From the NCBI RefSeq assembly GCF_056989395.1, contig NZ_CM168009.1: 24,000 bases of DNA. One strand, written 5' to 3'. The position numbers and the translations under genes are program-made. Below, one piece after another: positions 1-8,430 of the stretch; the stretch's first letter is position 1; every line of letters starts with the position of its first letter. The notes under the pieces were generated by a model. It did not search any database. It saw only the letters and a program-made list of their open reading frames with translations, and was not told the DNA's origin.

Positions 1-996
1 GTCGGAAGCATCATGCATCCCCAAACGGCTCGCCAGAACGTCAAGATACATTTCCGGCACCTGTTGCTGGCACTTAAAATCACTCAACAGGGTATGAACT
101 ACCGGACCAAGACAGGCAACCGCTTTCAGACGCGGCGATTCAAGGTATGCCAGACGCACGGCAACGTTAGCGCCGAAACGGAAACCAAAGGCCGCGACGC
201 GAGTGTGATCTACCCACGGTACGTTAGGCAGCGCCTTTAAGACGTGCTGATGCAACAGGCTGGAGTCCTGGGTGAGCTTCCATTTTGAAGAAAAGCCCAC
301 CGACGGCATATCAATAGTCAGCATCGCAATGCCGCGCGGCGCAAAATAACGTTCATACAGGCTGTAATAGTCCGTCTGCATCGCATCCAGACCACCACAC
401 ATTAATACTGTCGGGAACGGGCCATCACCTTTCGGCATATGCAAAAAGCCGGTGATGGGCGCACCGCCGGGTACGGTAAACTCCATCTGCCGCATCGTGC
501 CCGGCAGACGCTGAGCGGCCTCTTCATAGGCGCGGTTTGACAAAGCCTGCGCTTGCTCGGCCAGGTCATCTCCTTTCAGATGAGGATAGGCAGCAATGTT
601 GTACAACGTAGCCGCATGCAGCCAGTGTCGACCGCTGAGTTGCGGATCTTCTTCCGCACAGGCTTTTTGTTGCCACACCATCGCCTGGGTAGCCCACTCA
701 TAAATCCAGTTGCCGCCGCGGTAGCCAATCACCGTATCGTATAAATCATCGTCGGTACGTTCGGCATCGCTCATCACAATACGCGCCTGGACGTCGAGGA
801 TTTCACGTGGGTCAATGCCGCGCCAGATCCACATCAGACGGTTAATCATGCGATACCAGTGAGGGATGGTTTTACCATCAAGGGCCGACTGCACAGGCGG
901 TTGTGCGCCGTGATTAAAGCGGCGGACTAGCGTCGAGGTTTCAGGATGTTTAAAGCGGGGTTTGAACAGGGTTTCGCTCAGGTTTGCCTGTGTCAT
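1..996 (-). CDS. frsA: FrsA (YafA) esterase/fermentation-respiration switch protein, C-terminus cut by window edge
   Basis: Reverse-strand reading from ATG at 996 gives [36 protein letters not shown]..., open without a stop to position 1; contains the GFRFG nucleophile-like region. Recognised as FrsA. Absent from the ORF track, probably because it has no stop in the window. Confidence 0.95.
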
Positions 997-1045
997 GGAT
1001 GCAGCCTCCAGAATACTTACTGGAAACTATTGTAACCCGCCTGAA

Positions 1046-1080
1046 GTTAAAAAGAACAACGCCCGGCAGTGCCAGGCGTT
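1046..1080 (-). terminator. Rho-independent terminator of gpt
   Basis: On the minus strand AACGCCTGGC-ACT-GCCGGGCGTT is followed by GTTCTTTTT. Confidence 0.8.
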
Positions 1081-1087
1081 GAAAAGA

Positions 1088-1546
1088 TTAGCGACCGGAG
1101 ATTGGCGGGACGAATACGACGCCCATATCCCACGGCTGTTCAATCCAGGTATCTTGCGGGATATCAACAACATAGTCATCAACCAGCGGACGACCAGCCG
1201 GTTTTGCGAAGATGGTGACAAAGTGCGCTTTTGGATACATTTCACGAATCGCAACCGCAGTACCACCGGTATCCACCAGGTCATCAATAACGATGAAGCC
1301 TTCGCCATCGCCTTCTGCGCGTTTCAGCACTTTAAGCTCGCGCTGGTTGTCGTGATCGTAGCTGGAAATACAAACGGTATCGACATGACGAATACCCAGT
1401 TCACGCGCCAGTAACGCACCCGGTACCAGACCGCCACGGCTTACGGCAATAATGCCTTTCCATTGTTCAGAAGGCATCAGTCGGCTTGCGAGTTTACGTG
1501 CATGGATCTGCAACATGTCCCAGGTGACGATGTATTTTTCGCTCAT
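1088..1546 (-). CDS. gpt: Xanthine(-guanine) phosphoribosyltransferase, 152 aa
   Basis: [23 protein letters not shown]...; PRPP loop [12 protein letters not shown]; recognised full-length Gpt. Confidence 0.98.
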
Positions 1547-1806
1547 GTGAAGTGTCCCAGCCTGTTTATCTACGGCTTAAAAAGTGTTCGAGGGGAAAAT
1601 AGGTTGCGCGAGATTATAGAGATCTGGCGCACTAAAAACCAGTATTTCACATGAGTCCGCGTCTTTTTACGCACTGCCTCTCCCTGACGCGGGATAAAGT
1701 GGTATTCTCAAACATATCTCGCAAGCCTGTCTTGTGTTGACAACATTTTCTGCTAACCCTGTGACCTGCAATACTGTTTTGCGGGTGATCGACAAGGAGA
1801 CTTAAC

Positions 1807-3264
1807 GTGTCTGAACTGTCTCAATTATCTCCACAGCCGCTGTGGGATATTTTTGCCAAAATCTGTTCTATTCCTCACCCGTCCTATCATGAAGAGCAAC
1901 TCGCTGAATACATTGTTGGTTGGGCAAAAGAGAAAGGTTTCCATGTCGAACGCGATCAGGTAGGTAATATCCTGATTCGTAAACCTGCTACCGCAGGTAT
2001 GGAAAATCGTAAACCGGTCGTCTTGCAGGCCCACCTCGATATGGTGCCGCAGAAAAATAACGACACCGTGCATGACTTCACTAAAGATCCTATCCAGCCT
2101 TATATTGATGGCGAATGGGTTAAAGCGCGCGGCACCACGCTGGGTGCGGATAACGGCATTGGTATGGCCTCTGCACTGGCGGTTCTGGCTGACGAAAACG
2201 TGGTTCACGGCCCGCTGGAAGTGCTGCTGACCATGACCGAAGAAGCCGGTATGGACGGTGCTTTTGGCTTACAGAGCAACTGGTTGCAGGCTGATATTCT
2301 GATTAACACCGACTCCGAAGAAGAAGGTGAAATCTACATGGGTTGTGCGGGGGGTATCGACTTCACCTCCAACCTGCATTTAGATCGTGAAGCGGTTCCA
2401 GCTGGTTTTGAAACCTTCAAGTTAACCTTAAAAGGTCTGAAAGGCGGTCACTCCGGCGGTGAAATCCACGTTGGCCTGGGTAATGCCAACAAACTGCTGG
2501 TGCGCTTCCTGGCGGGTCATGCGGAAGAGCTGGACCTGCGCCTTATCGATTTCAACGGTGGCACACTGCGTAACGCCATCCCGCGTGAAGCCTTTGCGAC
2601 GATTGCTGTCGCAGCTGATAAAGTCGACGCACTGAAATCTCTGGTGAATACCTATCAGGAGATCCTGAAAAACGAGCTGGCAGAGAAAGAGAAAAATCTG
2701 GCATTGCTGCTGGACTCTGTTGCGAACGATAAAGCTGCCCTGATTGCGAAATCTCGCGATACCTTTATTCGTCTGCTGAACGCCACCCCGAACGGTGTGA
2801 TCCGCAACTCCGACGTGGCAAAAGGCGTGGTCGAAACCTCCCTGAACGTCGGTGTGGTGACCATGACTGACAATAACGTAGAAATTCACTGCCTGATCCG
2901 TTCTCTGATCGACAGCGGTAAAGACTACGTGGTGAGCATGCTGGATTCTCTGGGTAAACTGGCTGGCGCGAAAACCGAAGCGAAAGGCGCATATCCTGGC
3001 TGGCAGCCGGACGCTAATTCTCCGGTGATGCATCTGGTACGTGAAACCTATCAGCGTCTGTTCAACAAGACGCCGAACATCCAGATTATCCACGCGGGCC
3101 TGGAATGTGGTCTGTTCAAAAAACCGTATCCGGAAATGGACATGGTTTCTATCGGGCCAACCATTACCGGTCCACACTCTCCGGATGAGCAGGTTCATAT
3201 CGAAAGCGTTGGTCATTACTGGACACTGCTGACTGAACTGCTGAAAGAAATTCCGGCGAAGTAA
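1807..3264 (+). CDS. pepD: Aminoacyl-histidine dipeptidase (peptidase D), 485 aa
   Basis: MSELSQLSPQPLWDIFAKICSIPHPSYHEEQ...; M20 metallopeptidase motifs (HLDMV, DNGIGMA, MTEEAGMDG). Confidence 0.98.
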   Translation: MSELSQLSPQPLWDIFAKICSIPHPSYHEEQLAEYIVGWAKEKGFHVERDQVGNILIRKPATAGMENRKPVVLQAHLDMVPQKNNDTVHDFTKDPIQPYIDGEWVKARGTTLGADNGIGMASALAVLADENVVHGPLEVLLTMTEEAGMDGAFGLQSNWLQADILINTDSEEEGEIYMGCAGGIDFTSNLHLDREAVPAGFETFKLTLKGLKGGHSGGEIHVGLGNANKLLVRFLAGHAEELDLRLIDFNGGTLRNAIPREAFATIAVAADKVDALKSLVNTYQEILKNELAEKEKNLALLLDSVANDKAALIAKSRDTFIRLLNATPNGVIRNSDVAKGVVETSLNVGVVTMTDNNVEIHCLIRSLIDSGKDYVVSMLDSLGKLAGAKTEAKGAYPGWQPDANSPVMHLVRETYQRLFNKTPNIQIIHAGLECGLFKKPYPEMDMVSIGPTITGPHSPDEQVHIESVGHYWTLLTELLKEIPAK

Positions 3265-3274
3265 TAACGATAAC

Positions 3275-3296
3275 GTCCACGCCTGCGGGCGTGGAC
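3275..3296 (+). terminator. Hairpin downstream of pepD, probable terminator
   Basis: GTCCACGCC-tgcg-GGCGTGGAC perfect 9-bp stem followed by TTCTGTTT. Confidence 0.6.
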
Positions 3297-3311
3297 TTCT
3301 GTTTGAAGCCA

Positions 3312-3554
3312 ATGGCTATCTATATCGAAATAACAAAACATTATGAAACTCATGAAAAGGTCGCATATTTATATAGCTGCGACCATATTTCATGGGGGGA
3401 GTTTCTGATCACCAAAGAAAGTTTTGCGCTGGAATCCGTGAAAGAACTTAAGGGTGAAAAGCAGAATTTTTATATGTTCAGAGCCTGGGGCAAAGTCAGG
3501 AAAACATACTTAGCCACGGGAGAATTTCCCCAGGAAACATGTTACGCCGCTTAA
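3312..3554 (+). CDS. Hypothetical small protein, about 80 aa (ORF-track start is 3291; MAIYIEITKHY start preferred)
   Basis: MAIYIEITKHYETHEKVAYLYSCDHISWGEFLITKESFALESVKELKGEKQNFYMFRAWGKVRKTYLATGEFPQETCYAA; protein-like composition; no family recognised. Confidence 0.6.
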   Translation: MAIYIEITKHYETHEKVAYLYSCDHISWGEFLITKESFALESVKELKGEKQNFYMFRAWGKVRKTYLATGEFPQETCYAA

Positions 3555-3570
3555 AGTCAGAATTATTTTT

Positions 3571-4080
3571 TCATGCATTTACCATTTTGGCATTACGCCT
3601 GTACCACATGGCAATGGCGGCAACCACTAATGCCAGTTCAAGTAAAAACGACCAGTGTAATAAAAAATTGAGCCACCACGGATGATGTACCGCCGTAATA
3701 TGAAAGAGTGCAAAGGGTTGGTTAACGAAAGGCATCAACCACCAGATATCACCGACCAGCGTATCGAGTAATAAATGCACGATACCATTCAGGCAAAACA
3801 CCACGCCCAACCACGCCGGAAGTTTATTCTTCGCAATTGCGGCCCAAACTAATGTCGCCGCCAGCAGAGCAAACCATAATAATGGCCAATGAGACGGGTA
3901 AAGATGATGATGGCGTTGCCCGTTATCAACCAGATAGCACCAGAAAAGATCAAAATCGGGCGCAATGGCCCCAACTAAGCCAATAACCATCGCCCAGCGC
4001 GCATGACGAGCAATCAGTGGCAAGCGTTTCACTAAAGTACAAGTTATTAAATAACCAGCCGGAAGATGACCGATAAACAT
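3571..4080 (-). CDS. Multi-pass membrane protein, YdjM/DUF457-like predicted metal-dependent hydrolase, about 169 aa
   Basis: From ATG at 4080: MFIGHLPAGYLITCTLVKRL...GAIAPDFDLFWCYLVDNGQRHHHLYPSHWP...; the PDFD and H-rich HRHHxxHS-like motifs and repeated TM segments are typical of the family. The minus-strand transcript has AAAGGA just upstream of ATG. Confidence 0.8.
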   Translation of the reverse strand: MFIGHLPAGYLITCTLVKRLPLIARHARWAMVIGLVGAIAPDFDLFWCYLVDNGQRHHHLYPSHWPLLWFALLAATLVWAAIAKNKLPAWLGVVFCLNGIVHLLLDTLVGDIWWLMPFVNQPFALFHITAVHHPWWLNFLLHWSFLLELALVVAAIAMWYRRNAKMVNA

Positions 4081-4099
4081 GACGATTCCTTTCGTTTTG

Positions 4100-4128
4100 C
4101 CCGCCGCTTTCATATAGAAAACGGCGGG
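4100..4128 (-). other. Near-perfect palindrome / RNA hairpin between prfH and the membrane protein gene
   Basis: CCCGCCG c TTTC ATATA GAAA a CGGCGGG: 7 bp + 1 mismatch + 4 bp arms around a 5-nt loop; not followed by a T tract. Confidence 0.85.
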
Positions 4129-4141
4129 AGACATTCCTCAA

Positions 4142-4756
4142 TTACACAGCAACAAAAGCCATCCCTGTAAATGTCCGTCGCGGGTTGCCACGTTCAATCT
4201 GGTGATGGAACATTCGCCGCTGCGATTTCAGCACCGCGCTATTTTCCTGTTGCTGTTGTTCCAGCTTCCATGCAATCAGCAATCGCGCCAGCCGCTTGTT
4301 AGCATGCTGACTACGCTCTGACTGAACCTTCACGCTAATTCCGGTAGCCAAATGCGTGGCGCGTACCGCCGAGTCGGTTTTATTGACATGTTGACCGCCC
4401 GGCCCCGACGAACGCAGCGTCTCATAACGGATCGCGTCGGATTGCTCCTGCTCATCAGCGGTAAAACGCCCAATGCCCAGAAACCAGTTTTTGCGCCTAT
4501 GATGAGGCCGATACGGACTCGGACAAATCCACTGAATAGTGCCGCACCAACTTTCGCTTAATGCCCATGCGTTATCGCCATCCAGAGAAACCAGCGCTGA
4601 ACGCAGCGTGTCAGAGTAGCGGCCCGTTTCTGTTTCCAGCACCGTTACCGCGACGTCTTGTCGGGTAGCTTCTTTAATCAGCCTGTCCAGCGCCTTTTTC
4701 ACTGCCAGGCAACATTCTTCCGGCCCCTGAGCTGAGGAGAGTTGTAGCAAGATCAT
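4142..4756 (-). CDS. prfH: PrfH, peptide chain release factor homolog with GGQ motif, 204 aa
   Basis: From ATG at 4756: [26 protein letters not shown]...[26 protein letters not shown]...; the GPGGQHVNK motif is diagnostic of class I release factors. The ORF-track start at 4840 is an in-frame extension into the ligase gene. Confidence 0.93.
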   Translation of the reverse strand: MILLQLSSAQGPEECCLAVKKALDRLIKEATRQDVAVTVLETETGRYSDTLRSALVSLDGDNAWALSESWCGTIQWICPSPYRPHHRRKNWFLGIGRFTADEQEQSDAIRYETLRSSGPGGQHVNKTDSAVRATHLATGISVKVQSERSQHANKRLARLLIAWKLEQQQQENSAVLKSQRRMFHHQIERGNPRRTFTGMAFVAV

Positions 4757-5892
4757 CCTTTTTTCCCTCCACTGTTTTTGAGCGTTAGCACCGGACGCAG
4801 TCGCGCGACAGGAATAATTAACCCAGCCTGCACCAGACATTGCACCACGCTTTCAGCCGATTTATAAGCTTGTGGCGCTTCTTCAAAGATGAGTTGTTTA
4901 TCGCGACAAATTACCCGGCTGCCAAGTTCAGTACGTGAGAGCTGCGTCGCTGTGTATTTCGCTGCCAGACGCCCTTTACACTCAGTACGTCCCCATTTGC
5001 GCCCTGCCCCATGCGCCAGCGAGTGGAGCGTTTTTTCGTTCGCAACAGGTTTAACCAGCCAGGAGTAATCGCCGCGTGAACCGGGAATAATCACCAGACC
5101 GTTGTCATCCGGCGTGGCGCCTTTACGATGCAACCAGCCCTGTTGATCGCCGATTTGGCACGCGCTAACAAAGTTATGCGCCACATCCAGAACCGGACTT
5201 CCGGTGGCCTTAACTTGTTGCATTATGCGCAAAGCGATCAGCTGGCGATTAATACGCGCAAACGCCAGCGCATCATCATGTTCCACAATATAACTTAGCG
5301 CGTCGTCACTGCCTTCAGGCAAACCATGATGCGAAAACGAGGCAATATGCCGCTGTAAAATAGACTGGCCCAAACCCCGCGAGCCGCTATGAACCAGCAG
5401 TTGCAGATGCTGCGCATCCAGACCTGTCAGTGCAAACAGTTCAGCGTCGATAATTTGATCAACTTGTTGCAGTTCTGCGAAGTGGTTTCCGCCACCGATG
5501 GAACCCAGCGAGCTGCGCCACGGATGCTGTGCTAACGCTGACGGCAGGTTTTCCTCCAGCCAGCTTTCTTCAGCAACGTCATCCAGCGCAGATAATCGCT
5601 TTTCAAACTTATCGGCGTTGTATTTGCGCGCGAAAATATCTGTTTGCCATAGCGCCATACCGCAGCCGATATCATTGCCGACCAGTGCCGGGTAAAAACG
5701 GCCTACGGAGAAGAACGCTGCGCCAATCGGATAGCCGCGTCCGGGGTGTAAATCTGGCATCCCTACTACGCGTTGCATGTCGGGTAAATTTGCCGTGGTG
5801 TGTAATTGTTGGATCGCTAAACTCTCGATCCACAGGTCATCAGATGCGATGGTAAATACCGCATCGGATAAGGGACGAATATATTTGCCCAT
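4753..5892 (-). CDS. rtcB2: RtcB-family RNA ligase (RtcB2 type), about 379 aa
   Basis: [24 protein letters not shown]...[13 protein letters not shown]...VGNDIGCGM...GGGNHF...HSGSRGLG...[14 protein letters not shown] carries the RtcB metal-binding and guanylylated-His motifs. Start at 5892 preferred over 5904 because of the weak upstream GGA spacing. Stop overlaps the prfH start (ATGA, 4753-4756). Confidence 0.93.
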   Translation of the reverse strand: MGKYIRPLSDAVFTIASDDLWIESLAIQQLHTTANLPDMQRVVGMPDLHPGRGYPIGAAFFSVGRFYPALVGNDIGCGMALWQTDIFARKYNADKFEKRLSALDDVAEESWLEENLPSALAQHPWRSSLGSIGGGNHFAELQQVDQIIDAELFALTGLDAQHLQLLVHSGSRGLGQSILQRHIASFSHHGLPEGSDDALSYIVEHDDALAFARINRQLIALRIMQQVKATGSPVLDVAHNFVSACQIGDQQGWLHRKGATPDDNGLVIIPGSRGDYSWLVKPVANEKTLHSLAHGAGRKWGRTECKGRLAAKYTATQLSRTELGSRVICRDKQLIFEEAPQAYKSAESVVQCLVQAGLIIPVARLRPVLTLKNSGGKKG

Positions 5893-5957
5893 GTACCATT
5901 CCATTTATGAATAAAAATCAGGAAATGGCAGACGAATCCAGGGCAAGAAAAAAAGAA

Positions 5958-6005
5958 TTAATCCTGGAAAGGTCTGCAAAGAGTCATTGATAAAGGATTT
6001 GTCAT
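5958..6005 (-). CDS. Candidate 15-codon leader peptide MTNPLSMTLCRPFQD upstream of rtcB2
   Basis: Minus strand AAGGAGGTAAATCATGACAAATCCTTTATCAATGACTCTTTGCAGACCTTTCCAGGATTAA: near-consensus SD (6012-6018) with 6-nt spacing to ATG. Product size alone gives no statistical support. Confidence 0.4.
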   Translation of the reverse strand: MTNPLSMTLCRPFQD

Positions 6006-6046
6006 GATTTACCTCCTTGCAGTTTGTGGAATAAGAAAACGCGCAC

Positions 6047-6075
6047 ATACTAGGCGGGCGTTATTTTCTTTGCAA
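6047..6075 (-). promoter_or_regulatory. Candidate sigma70 promoter for rtcB2-prfH
   Basis: Minus strand TTGCAA (6075-6070), 17-bp spacer, TAGTAT (6052-6047); lies just upstream of the strong SD at 6018-6012. Confidence 0.4.
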
Positions 6076-6082
6076 GCTGGAT

Positions 6083-6535
6083 TTAATGTTGCGGTTTATA
6101 TCGCATATAAAAATTAGTAAACCACGCTCCCCGGCATTCAACGCGCTGCTGCTTAACTGTCTGAAAACCATAACGTTCAAAAAAGGGTTTTGCGGTTATG
6201 CTGGCATCTACCGTTAGTTCGGATTCAGACTTAATCAAAGGTTTTAACAAAGCGCTGGCAACCCCACGGCGGGTGTATTCAGGGTCAACAAATAACATAT
6301 CGATATAGTGTTCAACGCAGGTAATAAAGCCGACCAGTTTTGCATTAATGACTGCAACCCGCACTTGTGATTTCGCGAGTTTCTCCTTCCAGCGAGATTC
6401 GTCAATCTGCGCCCAGGCGGCAATTTGTTGTGGTGAATAATGCTGACTGGCGGTCATCGTAACCGCTCTAAGGAAAATAGCGCATAGTTGCTGAAAATCG
6501 CCAGGCTGATAGTTTCTTATTTGTATGTTATTCAT
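6083..6535 (-). CDS. yafP: YafP, GNAT-family N-acetyltransferase, 150 aa
   Basis: [27 protein letters not shown]...; acetyl-CoA-binding-like [11 protein letters not shown]; recognised YafP. Confidence 0.95.
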   Translation of the reverse strand: MNNIQIRNYQPGDFQQLCAIFLRAVTMTASQHYSPQQIAAWAQIDESRWKEKLAKSQVRVAVINAKLVGFITCVEHYIDMLFVDPEYTRRGVASALLKPLIKSESELTVDASITAKPFFERYGFQTVKQQRVECRGAWFTNFYMRYKPQH

Positions 6536-7587
6536 AATCCCAGCACCAGTTGTCTTTCCATTTGAGGGTCAAGTAACGTCACATGCAGCCCCACCAGACG
6601 CACACCGCGCCCGCCACGGCGTTCATTCCAGGTTTTACGCGCGGTGGCGATTAAGTCAGCTTTATTCAGCCGCGGCCAGACGTGCTCCTGAGTGGTTTGC
6701 TGAAAATCATCAAACTTTAATTTCACCCCCTGGCGAGCAATCAGTAAATCAGGTTTTACCTTTGCCAGACGGCGTTCAAGTTCAGGATACAGCCGCTCAA
6801 TAATCGCTTCACATTCAGACCAGTGATGAATATCTTCCGCCATCGTGCGTTCCACGCCGACGGATTTTCGCAACCGTTCGCTGTTAACGTCGCGCTCGTC
6901 AATCCCCTGACTACGCTCCCACAAAATGCGTCCAAATTTGCCAAAACGTTTGAGCAGAGTCACCAGATCACACTTTTGCACATCACCGCAGGTCCGCAGC
7001 CCCATCGCTTCCAGTTTTGCCGCCGAGACTTTGCCGACGCCGGGAATTTTTGCCAGCGGTAAGGTTTGCAGAAATGCCGGAACTTCTGCCGGCGTAATCA
7101 CAAACTGACCGTTGGGTTTATTCATGTCGGAAGCAATTTTGGCGAGAAACTTTACCGGCGCAACGCCCGCAGATGCCGTCAGTTGCAGCTCGTTAAAGAT
7201 CGTCTGGCGGATTTCCTGGGCGATGAGGGTCGCGGAGCCGTGGCAATGCACACTATCGGTGACGTCGAGATAGGCTTCATCCAGTGATAACGGTTCAATG
7301 CGCGAGGTATAGCGCGAGAAAATTTCGCGGATATGATTTGAGGCTTCTTTGTAGGCGTCAAAGCGCCCTGGAAGCAGCGTGAGATGTGGGCATAATTTGA
7401 GCGCCATCCCTGTCGGCATAGCGCTGCGTACGCCAAATTTACGCGCGGGATAATTGGCGGTGCTGATCACCCCCCGACGTTCGCGGCTGCCGCCAATAGC
7501 AATAGGGATATCGCGCAGGGCAGGATTGTCGCGCATCTCCACCGCTGCGAAAAAGCAGTCCATATCCACATGAATGATTTTACGCAT
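6532..7587 (-). CDS. dinB: DNA polymerase IV, Y family, 351 aa
   Basis: [33 protein letters not shown]...LYLDVTDSV-type catalytic region; stop overlaps the yafP ATG (ATGA). Confidence 0.98.
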   Translation of the reverse strand: MRKIIHVDMDCFFAAVEMRDNPALRDIPIAIGGSRERRGVISTANYPARKFGVRSAMPTGMALKLCPHLTLLPGRFDAYKEASNHIREIFSRYTSRIEPLSLDEAYLDVTDSVHCHGSATLIAQEIRQTIFNELQLTASAGVAPVKFLAKIASDMNKPNGQFVITPAEVPAFLQTLPLAKIPGVGKVSAAKLEAMGLRTCGDVQKCDLVTLLKRFGKFGRILWERSQGIDERDVNSERLRKSVGVERTMAEDIHHWSECEAIIERLYPELERRLAKVKPDLLIARQGVKLKFDDFQQTTQEHVWPRLNKADLIATARKTWNERRGGRGVRLVGLHVTLLDPQMERQLVLGL

Positions 7588-7603
7588 TGCTCACCTCTCA
7601 ACA

Positions 7604-7619
7604 CTGGTAAAGTATACAG
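7604..7619 (-). promoter_or_regulatory. LexA box upstream of dinB
   Basis: Minus strand CTGTATACTTTACCAG fits CTG-N10-CAG, 17 bp upstream of the dinB ATG; dinB is a known SOS gene. Confidence 0.9.
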
Positions 7620-7657
7620 TGATTTCAGGGCTTGAGAAATGCGTAAAGATTCAGCAT

Positions 7658-8430
7658 TTAACGCGTTCGCTGTGAAAGCACCTGCTGCTTATCCAGCTTT
7701 TGCACCAGCGGCTGCACCACTTTATCCCCATGCTGACCAAAGTATTGATACAGCGTATCGGACGCGCTTTTAGTCAGCACCATAATCTCAATGCGCCGGT
7801 TGCCCGCGCTTTGCGGATTTTTCGCGTCCAGCAGCATCTGGTCCGCCATTGCGCTCACCTGCATCACTTTATCTTCCGGCATTCCTGCCTCTTCCAGCAC
7901 CCGACGAGCCGAAAGCGCGCGGTCACCCGAAAGGTTCCAGTTGTTGTAGATATTGTTTTTGTAGGCCATCGCATCGGTATGCCCGGTAATAATAATTTTG
8001 TTATCGAGCGAGTCGAACACTGGCGCGAGCTCCACCAGCAGCGTTTTAAAGAACGGCATAATCTGCGCGCTGCCACGTTCGAACATATTGCGATTCTGGT
8101 CGTCTTTAATCAGCACGCGTAATCCCTGCGGGACAATCTCCATCTCCAGATTCGCTTCCATATGCGCATCACGGGCAATGGTGTTGATACTGGTTGCCAG
8201 CTCACCAAGCTCGGTGGCGGATTTCTTCTTCAGCAGCGCCGTTTTCTCGTTGACGTCGCGCGCTTTTTTCTCCGTTTCTTCCGGCACCGCCACGGTGGCA
8301 GGTTTTGACGGATGAGACGGGCTGATTTTATTTAACGGCGACAGCCCACCACCGTTAAAAATCGACTGCCCGTGCAGCGCGGCGATAATGCTTTCACGCT
8401 CGGATTTACTGACGCTGTTGACAATCAACT
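7658..8430 (-). pseudogene. lafU: LafU (MbhA) remnant, lateral-flagellar MotB-like with OmpA C-terminal domain; N-terminus deleted
   Basis: ORF 7658-8548 contains the OmpA/MotB peptidoglycan-binding region (IIITGHTDAMAYKNNIYNNWNLSGDRALSARRVLEEAG). Its first about 40-45 residues are antisense to the lfhA coding sequence. The boundary near 8430 is approximate. Confidence 0.85.

Noticed and set aside
962-1414. 150-aa plus-strand ORF ([21 protein letters not shown]...)
   Set aside because: Antisense to gpt and the frsA start; both real genes are recognised on the minus strand.
2428-3312. 294-aa minus-strand ORF (MASNRSPRPQAWTLSLLLRR...)
   Set aside because: Wholly antisense to pepD, with composition typical of shadow ORFs.
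5498-5855. Plus-strand ORFs of 65 and 108 aa
   Set aside because: Antisense to the RtcB-family ligase; no recognisable domain.
5905-6082. Possible sigma54 promoter for the RNA ligase, by analogy with RtcR-controlled rtcBA
   Set aside because: No TGGCAC-N5-TTGCA match in the intergenic gap and no rtcR-like gene nearby in the window.
7700-8315. Plus-strand ORFs (140 and 105 aa) opposite lafU
   Set aside because: Shadow ORFs antisense to the OmpA/MotB-like remnant.
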